From Candidatus Aenigmatarchaeota archaeon (GTDB lineage: Archaea > Aenigmatarchaeota > Aenigmatarchaeia > GW2011-AR5), in assembly GCA_016187335.1 (NCBI GenBank), contig JACPJW010000001.1, forward strand, positions 1 to 64,000: 64,000 nt of DNA. Direction: 5' to 3'. Below, in pieces: positions 45,690-54,247 of this stretch. Below the pieces are notes generated by a model. It was not told where the DNA came from and searched no databases. It saw only the letters and a program-made list of their open reading frames with translations. A program made the position numbers and the translations under genes. How positions within the stretch are numbered: the stretch's first letter is position 1; the number at the start of each line of letters is the position of its first letter.

Positions 45690-46745
45690 CTATTGAACAA
45701 ATTCGTTTAGTCGTCTTAATGCCCTCGTTTTGTCAACGTTGCCGAGCTTCGCTTCTTCCACCGCGGACTTCAGCATGCTTATCGTATTGTCGTAAGTTTT
45801 TTTGTCAACAGGCATCGGGATTCCGTCCTTCCCGCCGTGGCTGAAGGAAAACTTCGCCGGGTCCTGCCATGACAATTCCGTGCCGTAAACCAGATTCGCC
45901 GTCAAAGCAAGAGCCCGCACTGCAGCAGGCCCCAAGCCGCGTATCGCTATTAATTCCTCATAGTTCGCGGGATTTATTTCCCTCGCCTGGTTGAGCGCTT
46001 TCACAACCTGCTTGCTTAATTCAATGTGATGGTGTTCAGGCATGCTCAGCGTCTTCATTTCCTCTTTTCTTTTCAGCTTCGCATAGTCGCCTTCGTTCAA
46101 TGCATCTACTGACGCAAAGCGCGCGACAGTACTCTGCTTCGCCGTCATGTCAAGAGCATGCGCGGAGCGCGCGTCACAGCATATCGCGGCATGCGGCTCG
46201 TCAACAAAGCTCCTTGCAATCCTTGAAGACCAGTGATACCTGCGCGCGTATTTGTTTTCATCATTCATGCCCTGCTGCACCACCGTCCAGTCGTCTTTTG
46301 AAAAGAAAAACGAATGTTGGTAAAGCGAATAACCGTCCTGGACGCAGGCGTTGTCAACCTTAGCCGAAAGCTTGCTTGCCCTGACAAGCGAGGCGCTGTT
46401 GCTAAAACCGAGCCTGTCGCTCAATTCTATAATCTGCTCCGGAGCTTGCAGTGATTTTTTTCCCTTCCCTCCAGCAACGCCTATTCCTATTTCTTCCAGC
46501 CCGCATTCTTTCAGCGCGCCGCACACGGTTGTTGTGACGCCCGACGAGTGCCAGTCAAACCCGAGGACACAGCCGAATGCCTGGAACCAGTATGGGTCAG
46601 CAAGCCGGCGCAAAAATTCCTCTTCGCTGTATTCATTTACAACAGCTTCTGCTACGGGCCTTGCCAGCTGCTTCATCTTGCTGAAAAGCCAAGGCGGGCA
46701 GTGGCCTGAATGCAGCGGAAGATTTGCTGTCCCAGTGCGGCGCAT
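45690..46745 (-). CDS. DUF763 family protein
   Basis: TGTANLPLHSGHCPPWLF, GFDWHSSGVTT, AKLSAKVD, HGGKDG; HhH-like IRGLGP. Confidence 0.9.
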   Translation of the reverse strand: MRRTGTANLPLHSGHCPPWLFSKMKQLARPVAEAVVNEYSEEEFLRRLADPYWFQAFGCVLGFDWHSSGVTTTVCGALKECGLEEIGIGVAGGKGKKSLQAPEQIIELSDRLGFSNSASLVRASKLSAKVDNACVQDGYSLYQHSFFFSKDDWTVVQQGMNDENKYARRYHWSSRIARSFVDEPHAAICCDARSAHALDMTAKQSTVARFASVDALNEGDYAKLKRKEEMKTLSMPEHHHIELSKQVVKALNQAREINPANYEELIAIRGLGPAAVRALALTANLVYGTELSWQDPAKFSFSHGGKDGIPMPVDKKTYDNTISMLKSAVEEAKLGNVDKTRALRRLNEFVQ

Positions 46746-46794
46746 GGTTAACTAAGAACAAAAGGGGAATATATTTTTTTCGGTCAGGAAACGG

Positions 46795-47016
46795 CTATTT
46801 CTTCGCCTTCACGAGAAAATAATACAGAATCGCCCCGATGACGTTAAGGAAAAGCAGGACAAGGACCCATATCAGGCGCTCGTTGCCGCCCTTGTTCGGG
46901 AAATTCCTGTCTTTTCTTGTCAGGCAGTCAACAAGCATCCACAGCCAGAAAACTACGGCTAAAACTATCAGGATCATGAATACCGCCATCGCGCCGAACA
47001 TCCAGGCAAAGACCAT
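46795..47016 (-). CDS. PLDc N-terminal domain-like small membrane protein
   Basis: FWLWMLVDC...LIWVLVLLFLNVIGAILYYFL. Confidence 0.8.
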   Translation of the reverse strand: MVFAWMFGAMAVFMILIVLAVVFWLWMLVDCLTRKDRNFPNKGGNERLIWVLVLLFLNVIGAILYYFLVKAKK

Positions 47017-47147
47017 TCAAATCTAAACTCATTTGATGCAGCAGGAATATAAAAAGATTCGAACAGGCGAAACTGATAGAAAAAATCAACAAAAAATGTC
47101 ATTATAGATTATTGGTTCCTCAAATGACAGAATTTTTAAAATAGACA

Positions 47148-48551
47148 CTAAATGAATATTGAATATGTCGTCAAAGCTACATTATCATTTCCGTTTTTTG
47201 CCCAAAGTACAACAGTATAGACTCCACTCCCCTTAGAAAGAAGCGGTTGAATATTCGCTGTAATTGCAAAGCTTCCTCCGTTTACGTGCCATCTTGATGC
47301 CTCAACGTATTTGTAATTCATACTTGAAGTGTCATAATAAGAGCCTAGAGGTGGTGGTGCCAAAATATATCCTGCTTCATCTCCAAGACTATAAGCACCT
47401 CTATAAAAATAACTTAGCAAATCGCTCTGAGTAAGCCGCACAGGAGTCAGGTCATAATAGAGTGCAACATTCTGTATTGTTCCTAAAGACGATGTGCCTT
47501 CCATACTAAGAATTCCAGAACTGTAACTTATTGGTTCTGACCACAAAATGTAATCATCCTCGAAATCCTGCACATATGCAAGATGCGTGCTGTCATAAGC
47601 GATTCCTATGTTGACTTTATTATGATTTTTATCAAGAATGTTATCTCTATGTCCCCAATTTGAGTCCGCATCATCATTTACCATTTGATATTCATGAGTT
47701 TCGATACTTTCTTTCGGATCTATTGTTACGGCATTAGGTTCATAATAAAAGAAACCAGAAAACGCAGCATTTTCGGCTATAGACCCTTTGCCTCCTGCCT
47801 TTGTATATCGCATATATGGTTTAGACCCGTCGCTCCCCCAATGAGAAAGAAATCGGTTTTCAATCATATCTTCTGCATGTTGTTGGGCTGCGTTATTATT
47901 GCCTAATGCTACGGGCTTAAGCCCATTTTGTGTTCTATCCTCGTTAATCAATTGTAATGCATAATTGCGCAATTCCTGAAGTGTATACTGCTTTGGTTGT
48001 GCAAACCTTGTTTCTACCGTCGGTCTATAAACTTGTCTACTAAAATTAAGTGTTATTTTGTTAGTGTCGTTAAAAGAAATGTTGGGCAAATAACTCGATA
48101 CTTTGCTCCAATTAGTGTAAATCAGAAACCCAGCTACTATCAGAACGATAATAAAAACCACAGTTCTTGACACTTTTATTTCGTCTTTTTTTGCACGTTC
48201 ATATGGTATCGGAATACCATCTTTGAAAACAACAGACGGCTCTTCGTGATGCTTGATTGGCTTCGACTTTACAAACTTATCTAAGGCCTCTTTATATTGT
48301 TGCAGTTTTCGTTTGTTTTCTTCTTCCCAATGCTCCAAATAAGGTGGACAAGGATGTCCTCCAGGCTTATGCCATTCTTCCATAAAAAGTCTGTCTTTCT
48401 GAGTAGAACCTTCAAATCTAGGAAGGCCAGCCGGCTTTGGCCTGATATGCACATTGCAGAAATACTTTTGGCAATACCGACATTTTTTGAAGAATTTGTT
48501 ACCCATGTCGCATAAATGGTAATTGCATTCTATCCTCCGATTTTTAACCAT
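47148..48551 (-). CDS. CAP (SCP-like) domain membrane protein with N-terminal AN1-like Zn finger
   Basis: CxxxxC...CRYCQKYFCNVH...HPC; one TM; INEDR...AQQHAEDM...FLSH...ENAA...WGHRDNIL...IGI. Confidence 0.85.
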   Translation of the reverse strand: MVKNRRIECNYHLCDMGNKFFKKCRYCQKYFCNVHIRPKPAGLPRFEGSTQKDRLFMEEWHKPGGHPCPPYLEHWEEENKRKLQQYKEALDKFVKSKPIKHHEEPSVVFKDGIPIPYERAKKDEIKVSRTVVFIIVLIVAGFLIYTNWSKVSSYLPNISFNDTNKITLNFSRQVYRPTVETRFAQPKQYTLQELRNYALQLINEDRTQNGLKPVALGNNNAAQQHAEDMIENRFLSHWGSDGSKPYMRYTKAGGKGSIAENAAFSGFFYYEPNAVTIDPKESIETHEYQMVNDDADSNWGHRDNILDKNHNKVNIGIAYDSTHLAYVQDFEDDYILWSEPISYSSGILSMEGTSSLGTIQNVALYYDLTPVRLTQSDLLSYFYRGAYSLGDEAGYILAPPPLGSYYDTSSMNYKYVEASRWHVNGGSFAITANIQPLLSKGSGVYTVVLWAKNGNDNVALTTYSIFI

Positions 48552-48609
48552 CTAGTCACTAAAAAACTTTAGTTTGGTTCTTTAAAAAATCTCCTTTTTT
48601 ATATAATTT

Positions 48610-48843
48610 ATGAAAAAGAACGGACTAAGGAATAGACACAAAATTAAAATAAAGTCAAAAGTTAGAAAAACAAAACCTAAATTTAGCTACGATATTCTTG
48701 TCGATAAGTTCATTTATTCTGATTTTAACAGTAGTGAAATGCCGCTTGAGTTGGAAATTATGAAATTTATGGAAGTGAATAGAATTCCAGAGAAACATTT
48801 TGAGATATTATTTTCAAAGGTAAATAGAAAATTTTATGGATGA
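48610..48843 (+). CDS. Hypothetical protein
   Basis: 77-aa AT-rich ORF divergent from the CAP gene. Confidence 0.45.
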   Translation: MKKNGLRNRHKIKIKSKVRKTKPKFSYDILVDKFIYSDFNSSEMPLELEIMKFMEVNRIPEKHFEILFSKVNRKFYG

Positions 48844-48891
48844 CAGTTTATTGTAATAAAAAATAGTCTTTATTCCTTTAAAGATAATTAA

Positions 48892-49128
48892 TTACTCATA
48901 CGGTTCTCCGGATGGTGTTACCCAAGTTTTTAGTTTTCCACATCTTCGACATCTTGAATGGTGATCAACAACATGGGAAGCACCGTGAAAAATTGATGTT
49001 GATGGTCCATAATCATGAAGTCCTAATTTACATTTTAAGGATCTTCCAAAATCAATTTTATAATATCCACGTATTAAAGCATAGGGGAAAGTAATAATTC
49101 TAAGTATCCATTTTATTATCCGATTCAT
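48892..49128 (-). CDS. Small hypothetical protein with a putative Zn-binding motif
   Basis: CKLGLHDY...CRRCGK, a pattern reminiscent of small prophage (DUF1660-like) proteins. Confidence 0.5.
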   Translation of the reverse strand: MNRIIKWILRIITFPYALIRGYYKIDFGRSLKCKLGLHDYGPSTSIFHGASHVVDHHSRCRRCGKLKTWVTPSGEPYE

Positions 49129-49181
49129 TTGATCATCTTAATATTCTCAGATTTCAAGTGTTTGCACCTACCCTTTTTATA

Positions 49182-49336
49182 TGCGAGGGGCCGGATTCGA
49201 ACCGACGAAGGCACTAAGCCACTAGGTATCTCACATGAGACCAGATGGCTCCATGGCCTGAACATAGCCTCAGGACCTAAGCTTGGCTTACAGCTGTTAC
49301 CTGATCTAGCCCCTTTGTCCACTCGGGAACCCTCGC
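49182..49336 (-). tRNA. tRNA-Leu (CAG) with introns at 30/31 (49305-49264, 42 nt) and 37/38 (49256-49228, 29 nt); an alternative TAG reading is possible
   Basis: Acceptor GCGAGGG/CCCTCGC-A, type II variable arm GGC-TTAGT-GCC, T arm GTCGG-TTCGAAT-CCGGC; 84-nt mature product; BHB folds for both introns. Confidence 0.85.
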
Positions 49337-49960
49337 TTAAGGCTTTTGAATTATTGCAACAATATCCATCGGGAACAATTTAAACGCTTTATGGCTGCTG
49401 TCAAAGACTCTTAGAACTTTAAAGCCGCTTTCTTCCAGAAGCTTTCTTAGCTCCTTTCTTGAGAAGAAGTAATAGTAACGATGATACTCATTATCTCCTA
49501 TTTTCCACCGCACGAAATCCTCCTTCCTTTTGAAATTAAGCCTTGGCTGGTTCTTGTTCCAGACGCTTATTATTGCTGACGATCCGGGCTTCATTACCCT
49601 CCACATTTCCATTACGGATTTCTTTCTTGGTTCTTCTCCCTCAATCTGGTGGATAACATTTGCCGCGACAACAGCGTCGAAAACATTATCCTTGAACGGC
49701 ATCGCATCTGCACGCGCGACGGCAAAAAAGGCTTTTATTTTTTCCTTAGAGGCTTTTTCCTTAGCAAGTTTGATCATTTTCTCTGCAAAATCAAAACCCA
49801 CATATTTTTTCCCTTTGATCATGTGTCTGCCAGATCCACATCCTAAATCAAGAATCAAGCCTTCTGAATTAGAGATGAAATCCACTATATCTTTATGGGG
49901 CTTTGTCCTCAAGCGATGCCATTCCGGAGCAATAGAATTCCATACTTCCCTTTGTTTCAT
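49337..49960 (-). CDS. Class I SAM-dependent methyltransferase
   Basis: ILDLGCGSGR, GFDFAEKMI, MPFKDNVFDAV; stop codon abuts tRNA-Leu G1. Confidence 0.9.
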   Translation of the reverse strand: MKQREVWNSIAPEWHRLRTKPHKDIVDFISNSEGLILDLGCGSGRHMIKGKKYVGFDFAEKMIKLAKEKASKEKIKAFFAVARADAMPFKDNVFDAVVAANVIHQIEGEEPRKKSVMEMWRVMKPGSSAIISVWNKNQPRLNFKRKEDFVRWKIGDNEYHRYYYFFSRKELRKLLEESGFKVLRVFDSSHKAFKLFPMDIVAIIQKP

Positions 49961-50022
49961 GGTAATAATCAGAAAAAAGCCCTTTTAAAATATAGTTTGT
50001 AATTTGTTACAGTCTTCAAATT

Positions 50023-50269
50023 GCTCCCGTAGTCTAGCCCGGCAAAGGAGAAACTGCGTTTCTCCCTTTACCCTCTTCCTTTCTGAAAAAGAAGGGAATG
50101 AGGTTACAAGGAGAGAACCGTAGGTTCTTCTCCTGTTAGGATATCGGCCTCTCAGCACCCTTTCTTTTGAAAAAGAAAGTGTGCACGGAAAGAAAACTTC
50201 AGAAAAGCGTGAACGGAAAGAATGGGTGGAAGTTCGCCGAAGACGCGGGTTCAAATCCCGCCGGGAGCA
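50023..50269 (+). tRNA. tRNA-Glu (CTC) with a ~93-nt D-loop intron (about 50045-50137) and an 80-nt intron at 37/38 (50155-50234)
   Basis: Acceptor GCTCCCG/CGGGAGC-A, anticodon arm TCGGC-CT-CTC-AC-GCCGA, T arm GCGGG-TTCAAAT-CCCGC; 74-nt mature product; exact D-loop junction uncertain by 1-2 nt. Confidence 0.88.
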
Positions 50270-50337
50270 TAGAATTATCGGGATATATATAGCAACGGAA
50301 AAATTGAACGCTGACGTATATCCTGAAGAATATAGAA

Positions 50338-51798
50338 TTATGGTGACTGACAGTCAAATGTAATATTCATAAAAACTTGTGAGTTTATAGGCATAGACAA
50401 TTGTGTAAAGGTGAATCCATTGTTGTCGTTATTTGAAAATGAGTTCCTCGTAGAAGCCCAGAATATTCTCCTACTTGTTTCTATATCACAATAATTTGAA
50501 TTTGTGCAAGTTGAAAGTCTAACATCTTCAATAATCGTTGCGTTACTAAATTTACCAGTCACATTAGTAATTGAGCATAACCTTCCTATGTTCTGGAAAG
50601 CTTGAAGAAAGACTTCTTGAATTACAAGATCTTTTGGAAGGTTGTTTGTAATATTAACTTCAAAATAAGATACGTTGTAGATTTTTCTAACGTCTGTTTT
50701 TGGGATTTTGATTTTATCAATATTTCCTTGATCCAATACAAATCCAGTGAGATTTATCGACCTAAAAGAGAAGTTTGACCCAGTCAAAACAATTACGTTA
50801 GAATTATTGTAGTATATTACTTCCTTAAGTCCAATCTTATTGAATTCGTCATACTTTTGTTTTAAAGAAATTGGGTATGTTCTATATGTTTCATTAACAT
50901 TCAATATTACTCCAAAATAATTTTGATATGCATAATTGAAATCCAGATCATTAACAGTATAGTTTCCAATTTCAAACGGTACCCATCCATAAAACCCTTC
51001 ATTTTCTATTTCAAATTGTTGAGATTTGTGTTTGTAAAGAACTGCATTATTGAAACTTTCAAAACTACTAACAGAAGTACCATTACCGTCCAAGTAATAG
51101 AAATCAGTACTTTCTGAAATGAAATGTGTCTGTGGCATAGAGGAATAACTTATTAAAGTAAAAATTATCAAAGACGCGATAAGAAAACTAATCAAAAATT
51201 TCCTTTCGAATGGCTTTAGAGTTACAACGGGTAGTTCATATTTGATCTTATTGTTCTTATACAAAGTCAAACATACCAACGATAAAATTACTAATGAAAA
51301 TGATGTTTGAAGAAGAATAATAGAAAATATTCCATATGCCGAAAATATTGCTGTTGCGCTATTCAGAAGAATTACGCAGGACAAAATGAAGAAAGCAATA
51401 ATACCCATTTCTAAAGCTAGAAATGAATTTTCACGCTCTTTTTTTGAAAATACTCCACCCCATACAAAAACAATACTTAGAAGTAAGATAAAACTTATTA
51501 TGTAATTCAAACTATCAATAATATTTTTATTATATAGGAAAATATTGTTCGAATAAACTAAAAATCCACCTATAACAATGTAAAGTGTAATGTATACAAT
51601 TAGCCCAAGTCCTCCTGAAAGAATTAACTTATCAACATCGCTCAATCCAAATCTAAATTTTTTTGATTTGAAATCGTAAGTTGATGCAAAAATTAACGAA
51701 TATCCAAGAAATAAGACCAATACTTTAACGAGCGTATTAGCACCGAAATAATCAAAGGCTGCATTTACAGCGTCTGCAATTCCAAGTGGGTCTGCCAT
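50338..51798 (-). CDS. Hypothetical AT-rich polytopic membrane protein with a large extracellular domain
   Basis: About 7 N-terminal TM helices, then an Asn-rich domain with many N-x-S/T sequons. Confidence 0.7.
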   Translation of the reverse strand: MADPLGIADAVNAAFDYFGANTLVKVLVLFLGYSLIFASTYDFKSKKFRFGLSDVDKLILSGGLGLIVYITLYIVIGGFLVYSNNIFLYNKNIIDSLNYIISFILLLSIVFVWGGVFSKKERENSFLALEMGIIAFFILSCVILLNSATAIFSAYGIFSIILLQTSFSLVILSLVCLTLYKNNKIKYELPVVTLKPFERKFLISFLIASLIIFTLISYSSMPQTHFISESTDFYYLDGNGTSVSSFESFNNAVLYKHKSQQFEIENEGFYGWVPFEIGNYTVNDLDFNYAYQNYFGVILNVNETYRTYPISLKQKYDEFNKIGLKEVIYYNNSNVIVLTGSNFSFRSINLTGFVLDQGNIDKIKIPKTDVRKIYNVSYFEVNITNNLPKDLVIQEVFLQAFQNIGRLCSITNVTGKFSNATIIEDVRLSTCTNSNYCDIETSRRIFWASTRNSFSNNDNNGFTFTQLSMPINSQVFMNITFDCQSP

Positions 51799-51941
51799 AA
51801 TTCACATACTTCAGTGAATTATTAAACAGTCTAATTACGGACTTTTTCGGACCCTTCAACTTCTCCACTTTTCCCTGCCTTTCGCGGGAGCATTTTTCAC
51901 GCCCTTCTGAACGCTATTAATTCGTTCCTGTCCTATTCTTC

Positions 51942-52538
51942 ATGATGAGGGAGTTCATAATGCGCGCGAGGAAGGCGCACACGAAGCCTGACGTGAACCT
52001 TAACGAGCTGCCGCAGCAGGGGAAGATGGACTCGGTCTGCGCGGCGATAGCAGGCGCGCTGTGGATATCAGGCGACGTGAGGAGGGACACGGCCATCCAT
52101 GTCGTGCTGGAGGGTCCCGGCAACGCGCCGAAGACCATAAGCTTCTACGGCTCCGAGATAAGGGGCCTGCGCCACGATGAAAGATCTATGGCTTCGTACA
52201 TTGCCGACGCGCTGAAGAAGGGCGCGTGGCTGGAACTGAACGAAGAGGCAAAGGTCAGGACGGGGATAAGGGTCGCCAAGAAAAGTTTTGAAAGGCTGGT
52301 TTGGGAAAAGAAAGGAAAGAAGATGTTCGTCCTCGACAAGGACGGCAGGGACATAAGGGACGCCGAGATTCCCGCGGATTGCGTCATAATCTTCGGCTCC
52401 GCGGAGGGCCTGCCGGCAAAAACAGAAAAGCTCTTTCGCGACCTCAGGGCGGAAAAAATAAGCCTCGGGCCGACGATGCTCTTTGCCGCCCACTGCCCGG
52501 TGATCGTTAACAACGAGATGGACAGGAGAAAGCCCTGA
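51942..52538 (+). CDS. trmY: tRNA pseudouridine(54)-N1-methyltransferase (SPOUT)
   Basis: MREFI...GKMDSVC...ALWISGDVRRDT...DERS...ISLGP.MLFAAHC. Confidence 0.88.
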   Translation: MMREFIMRARKAHTKPDVNLNELPQQGKMDSVCAAIAGALWISGDVRRDTAIHVVLEGPGNAPKTISFYGSEIRGLRHDERSMASYIADALKKGAWLELNEEAKVRTGIRVAKKSFERLVWEKKGKKMFVLDKDGRDIRDAEIPADCVIIFGSAEGLPAKTEKLFRDLRAEKISLGPTMLFAAHCPVIVNNEMDRRKP

Positions 52539-52637
52539 AAGCGAGCCAAAAAGTCCGCTTGCCGTGCATAATCAGTCCTAACTCAGAAGAATTATTTTTA
52601 GTAAAAAGTTTTAATAAAAAAGGAAAAAAATTGAGAA

Positions 52638-52757
52638 CTAAGTTTTCATTATGTGCTTGCCGGCGCGCCTGTATTTTACCCTTCCTCTTCCGCCAGGCCT
52701 CTTGGCCGCCCTTTTAATTGCCATTTTCATCCTTATTCCTCTTGTTTTCTTGGCCAT
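52638..52757 (-). CDS. Putative 39-aa highly basic protein
   Basis: MAKKTRGIRMKMAIKRAAKRPGGRGRVKYRRAGKHIMKT; GGGGTGG SD; 16 K/R and no D/E. Confidence 0.6.
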   Translation of the reverse strand: MAKKTRGIRMKMAIKRAAKRPGGRGRVKYRRAGKHIMKT

Positions 52758-52845
52758 TCTTATCCACCCCATTGAATGAAGGTGCAGGCAATAGAAATTT
52801 ATACAGGTAAATCATCTCAACGGGCGCCTGTTTTCATTCTGTGAG

Positions 52846-53592
52846 TCACTCGATGAAAACAAGCAGGTACATCGTGGCTATGCCGAGGGTTATCGACAAG
52901 AATTGTATTATGGAATTTCTTATATCGTTTTTCTTGTGCAGCTCCGGTATGAGGTCTGCCCCTGCTATGTAAACGAAGCCGCCGGCGGCAAAGGCTACCA
53001 TGACCGGGAGCGAGCTTTCTATGTAAGTGCTGATGAATATTGACACGACTGCGCCGAAGACTGCAAAGAGCGCCGAGATAAAATTCCAGAACAGCGCCTT
53101 CTTTCTGGAAAAGCCTCCGTGCAGCAGGACCCCGAAATCGCCTATTTCCTGGGGTATTTCATGGAAAACAACGGCAATAGTGGTTGCTATGCCTATGGGC
53201 ACGCTGACCAGATAGGAAGCTGCCACGACAGCGCCGTCGATGAAATTATGGATGGCGTCGCCGAACAGGTTCATGTAGGCGAAAGGCTGCGGGCGCGAAG
53301 CGGGAGCCAGTGTATGCTTGTGCTTCCAGTGCACGATCTTCTCGACGATGAACGAAACCACGATGCCCAGCAGTATGTACAGTGATATGGAAGCGCTGAA
53401 TCCGCCTTCAGCTGCCTCCGGGATCAGGTGTATGAACGCGTCCCCCAGGAGCGCGCCCGCCGAGAATCCCACGAGCAGGGGCAGTATGTTCCGTATCATT
53501 CTGTCGTTGACTACAAGCGTAATCACGCCTATGAAAGACACGAGGCTGACGACGGCCACGCTGGCCAGCGACATCAGGACCGGATCGACCAT
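52846..53592 (-). CDS. ZIP family metal transporter
   Basis: FSAGALLGDAFIHLIPE, His-rich loop HWKHKH, GDAIHNFIDG, HEIPQEIGDF. Confidence 0.93.
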   Translation of the reverse strand: MVDPVLMSLASVAVVSLVSFIGVITLVVNDRMIRNILPLLVGFSAGALLGDAFIHLIPEAAEGGFSASISLYILLGIVVSFIVEKIVHWKHKHTLAPASRPQPFAYMNLFGDAIHNFIDGAVVAASYLVSVPIGIATTIAVVFHEIPQEIGDFGVLLHGGFSRKKALFWNFISALFAVFGAVVSIFISTYIESSLPVMVAFAAGGFVYIAGADLIPELHKKNDIRNSIIQFLSITLGIATMYLLVFIE

Positions 53593-53604
53593 GAAAATAT
53601 CTAT

Positions 53605-53637
53605 TGTTATTAAATTTAAGCTTTGTTGTTAATAACA
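53605..53637. promoter_or_regulatory. Putative operator for the NikR-like regulator
   Basis: TGTTATTAA-N15-TTAATAACA between the divergent ZIP and regulator genes. Confidence 0.6.
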
Positions 53638-53676
53638 TACATGGGCTCTAGGATGAAAATTTAATAAGGCGGTTTC

Positions 53677-54063
53677 ATGGCGAAGATAATCAGCGTGTCT
53701 TTGGGCGAAGAGCTGCTCAGTGAAATAGACAGCGTGCAGAAAGACGTGGGGTTTTCAGGCCGCTCTGAAGCCATAAGGTCCGGAATGAAGCTTCTGCTTG
53801 ACGACCTGAAGGAAAAGGAAAAACTGAAGGGCCACGCCGAGTGCGTTCTTGTCCTTGCTCACGACAGGAAGTTCGAAGACGCGTTCACGCAGGCGAAGCA
53901 CGACCATGAGGACATCATAAGCACCCAGATTCACAGCAATTTCTGCAATAACAAGTGCCTCGAGGTGTTCGTGCTGCACGGCTCTGCTGACAAGATAAGG
54001 GATTTCTTTTCGGAAATAAGGAAAAACAAGCGCTCGGAATACGTGAAGCTGATAGTGCCTTGA
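53677..54063 (+). CDS. CopG/NikR-family ribbon-helix-helix regulator with ACT-like metal domain
   Basis: IISVSL...RSEAIR RHH; HDHEDIISTQIHSNFCNNKCLEVFVLHG. Confidence 0.88.
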   Translation: MAKIISVSLGEELLSEIDSVQKDVGFSGRSEAIRSGMKLLLDDLKEKEKLKGHAECVLVLAHDRKFEDAFTQAKHDHEDIISTQIHSNFCNNKCLEVFVLHGSADKIRDFFSEIRKNKRSEYVKLIVP

Positions 54064-54100
54064 TTCGGGTTTTTATAATTATCCCTTCCCCACTTTATTT

Positions 54101-54247
54101 ATGGCGCTATTGGAACTGGTATTCAGCATAATTGTCCTAGCCGCGGCGTTCTACCTGGGCATCAAGATAATCGGGAACATCATTTACACTGTCCTGCTGA
54201 TCGCAGCCCTGTTCCTGCTCCTGTGGTTCGCCGGATTCCTGGCATGA
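54101..54247 (+). CDS. 48-aa membrane protein
   Basis: Manual translation MALLELVFSIIVLAAAFYLGIKIIGNIIYTVLLIAALFLLLWFAGFLA. Confidence 0.55.
   Translation: MALLELVFSIIVLAAAFYLGIKIIGNIIYTVLLIAALFLLLWFAGFLA

Noticed and set aside
49125-49383. ORFs 49125-49322 and 49129-49383
   Set aside because: They overlap the intron-containing tRNA-Leu gene and have no protein features.
50045-50234. Box C/D guide RNA inside the long tRNA-Glu introns
   Set aside because: A CTGA and an ATGAGG occur, but no properly ordered C/D'/C'/D set or guide complementarity could be identified by eye.
49985-50363. ORFs 49985-50254 and 50181-50363
   Set aside because: They overlap the tRNA-Glu gene and its introns.
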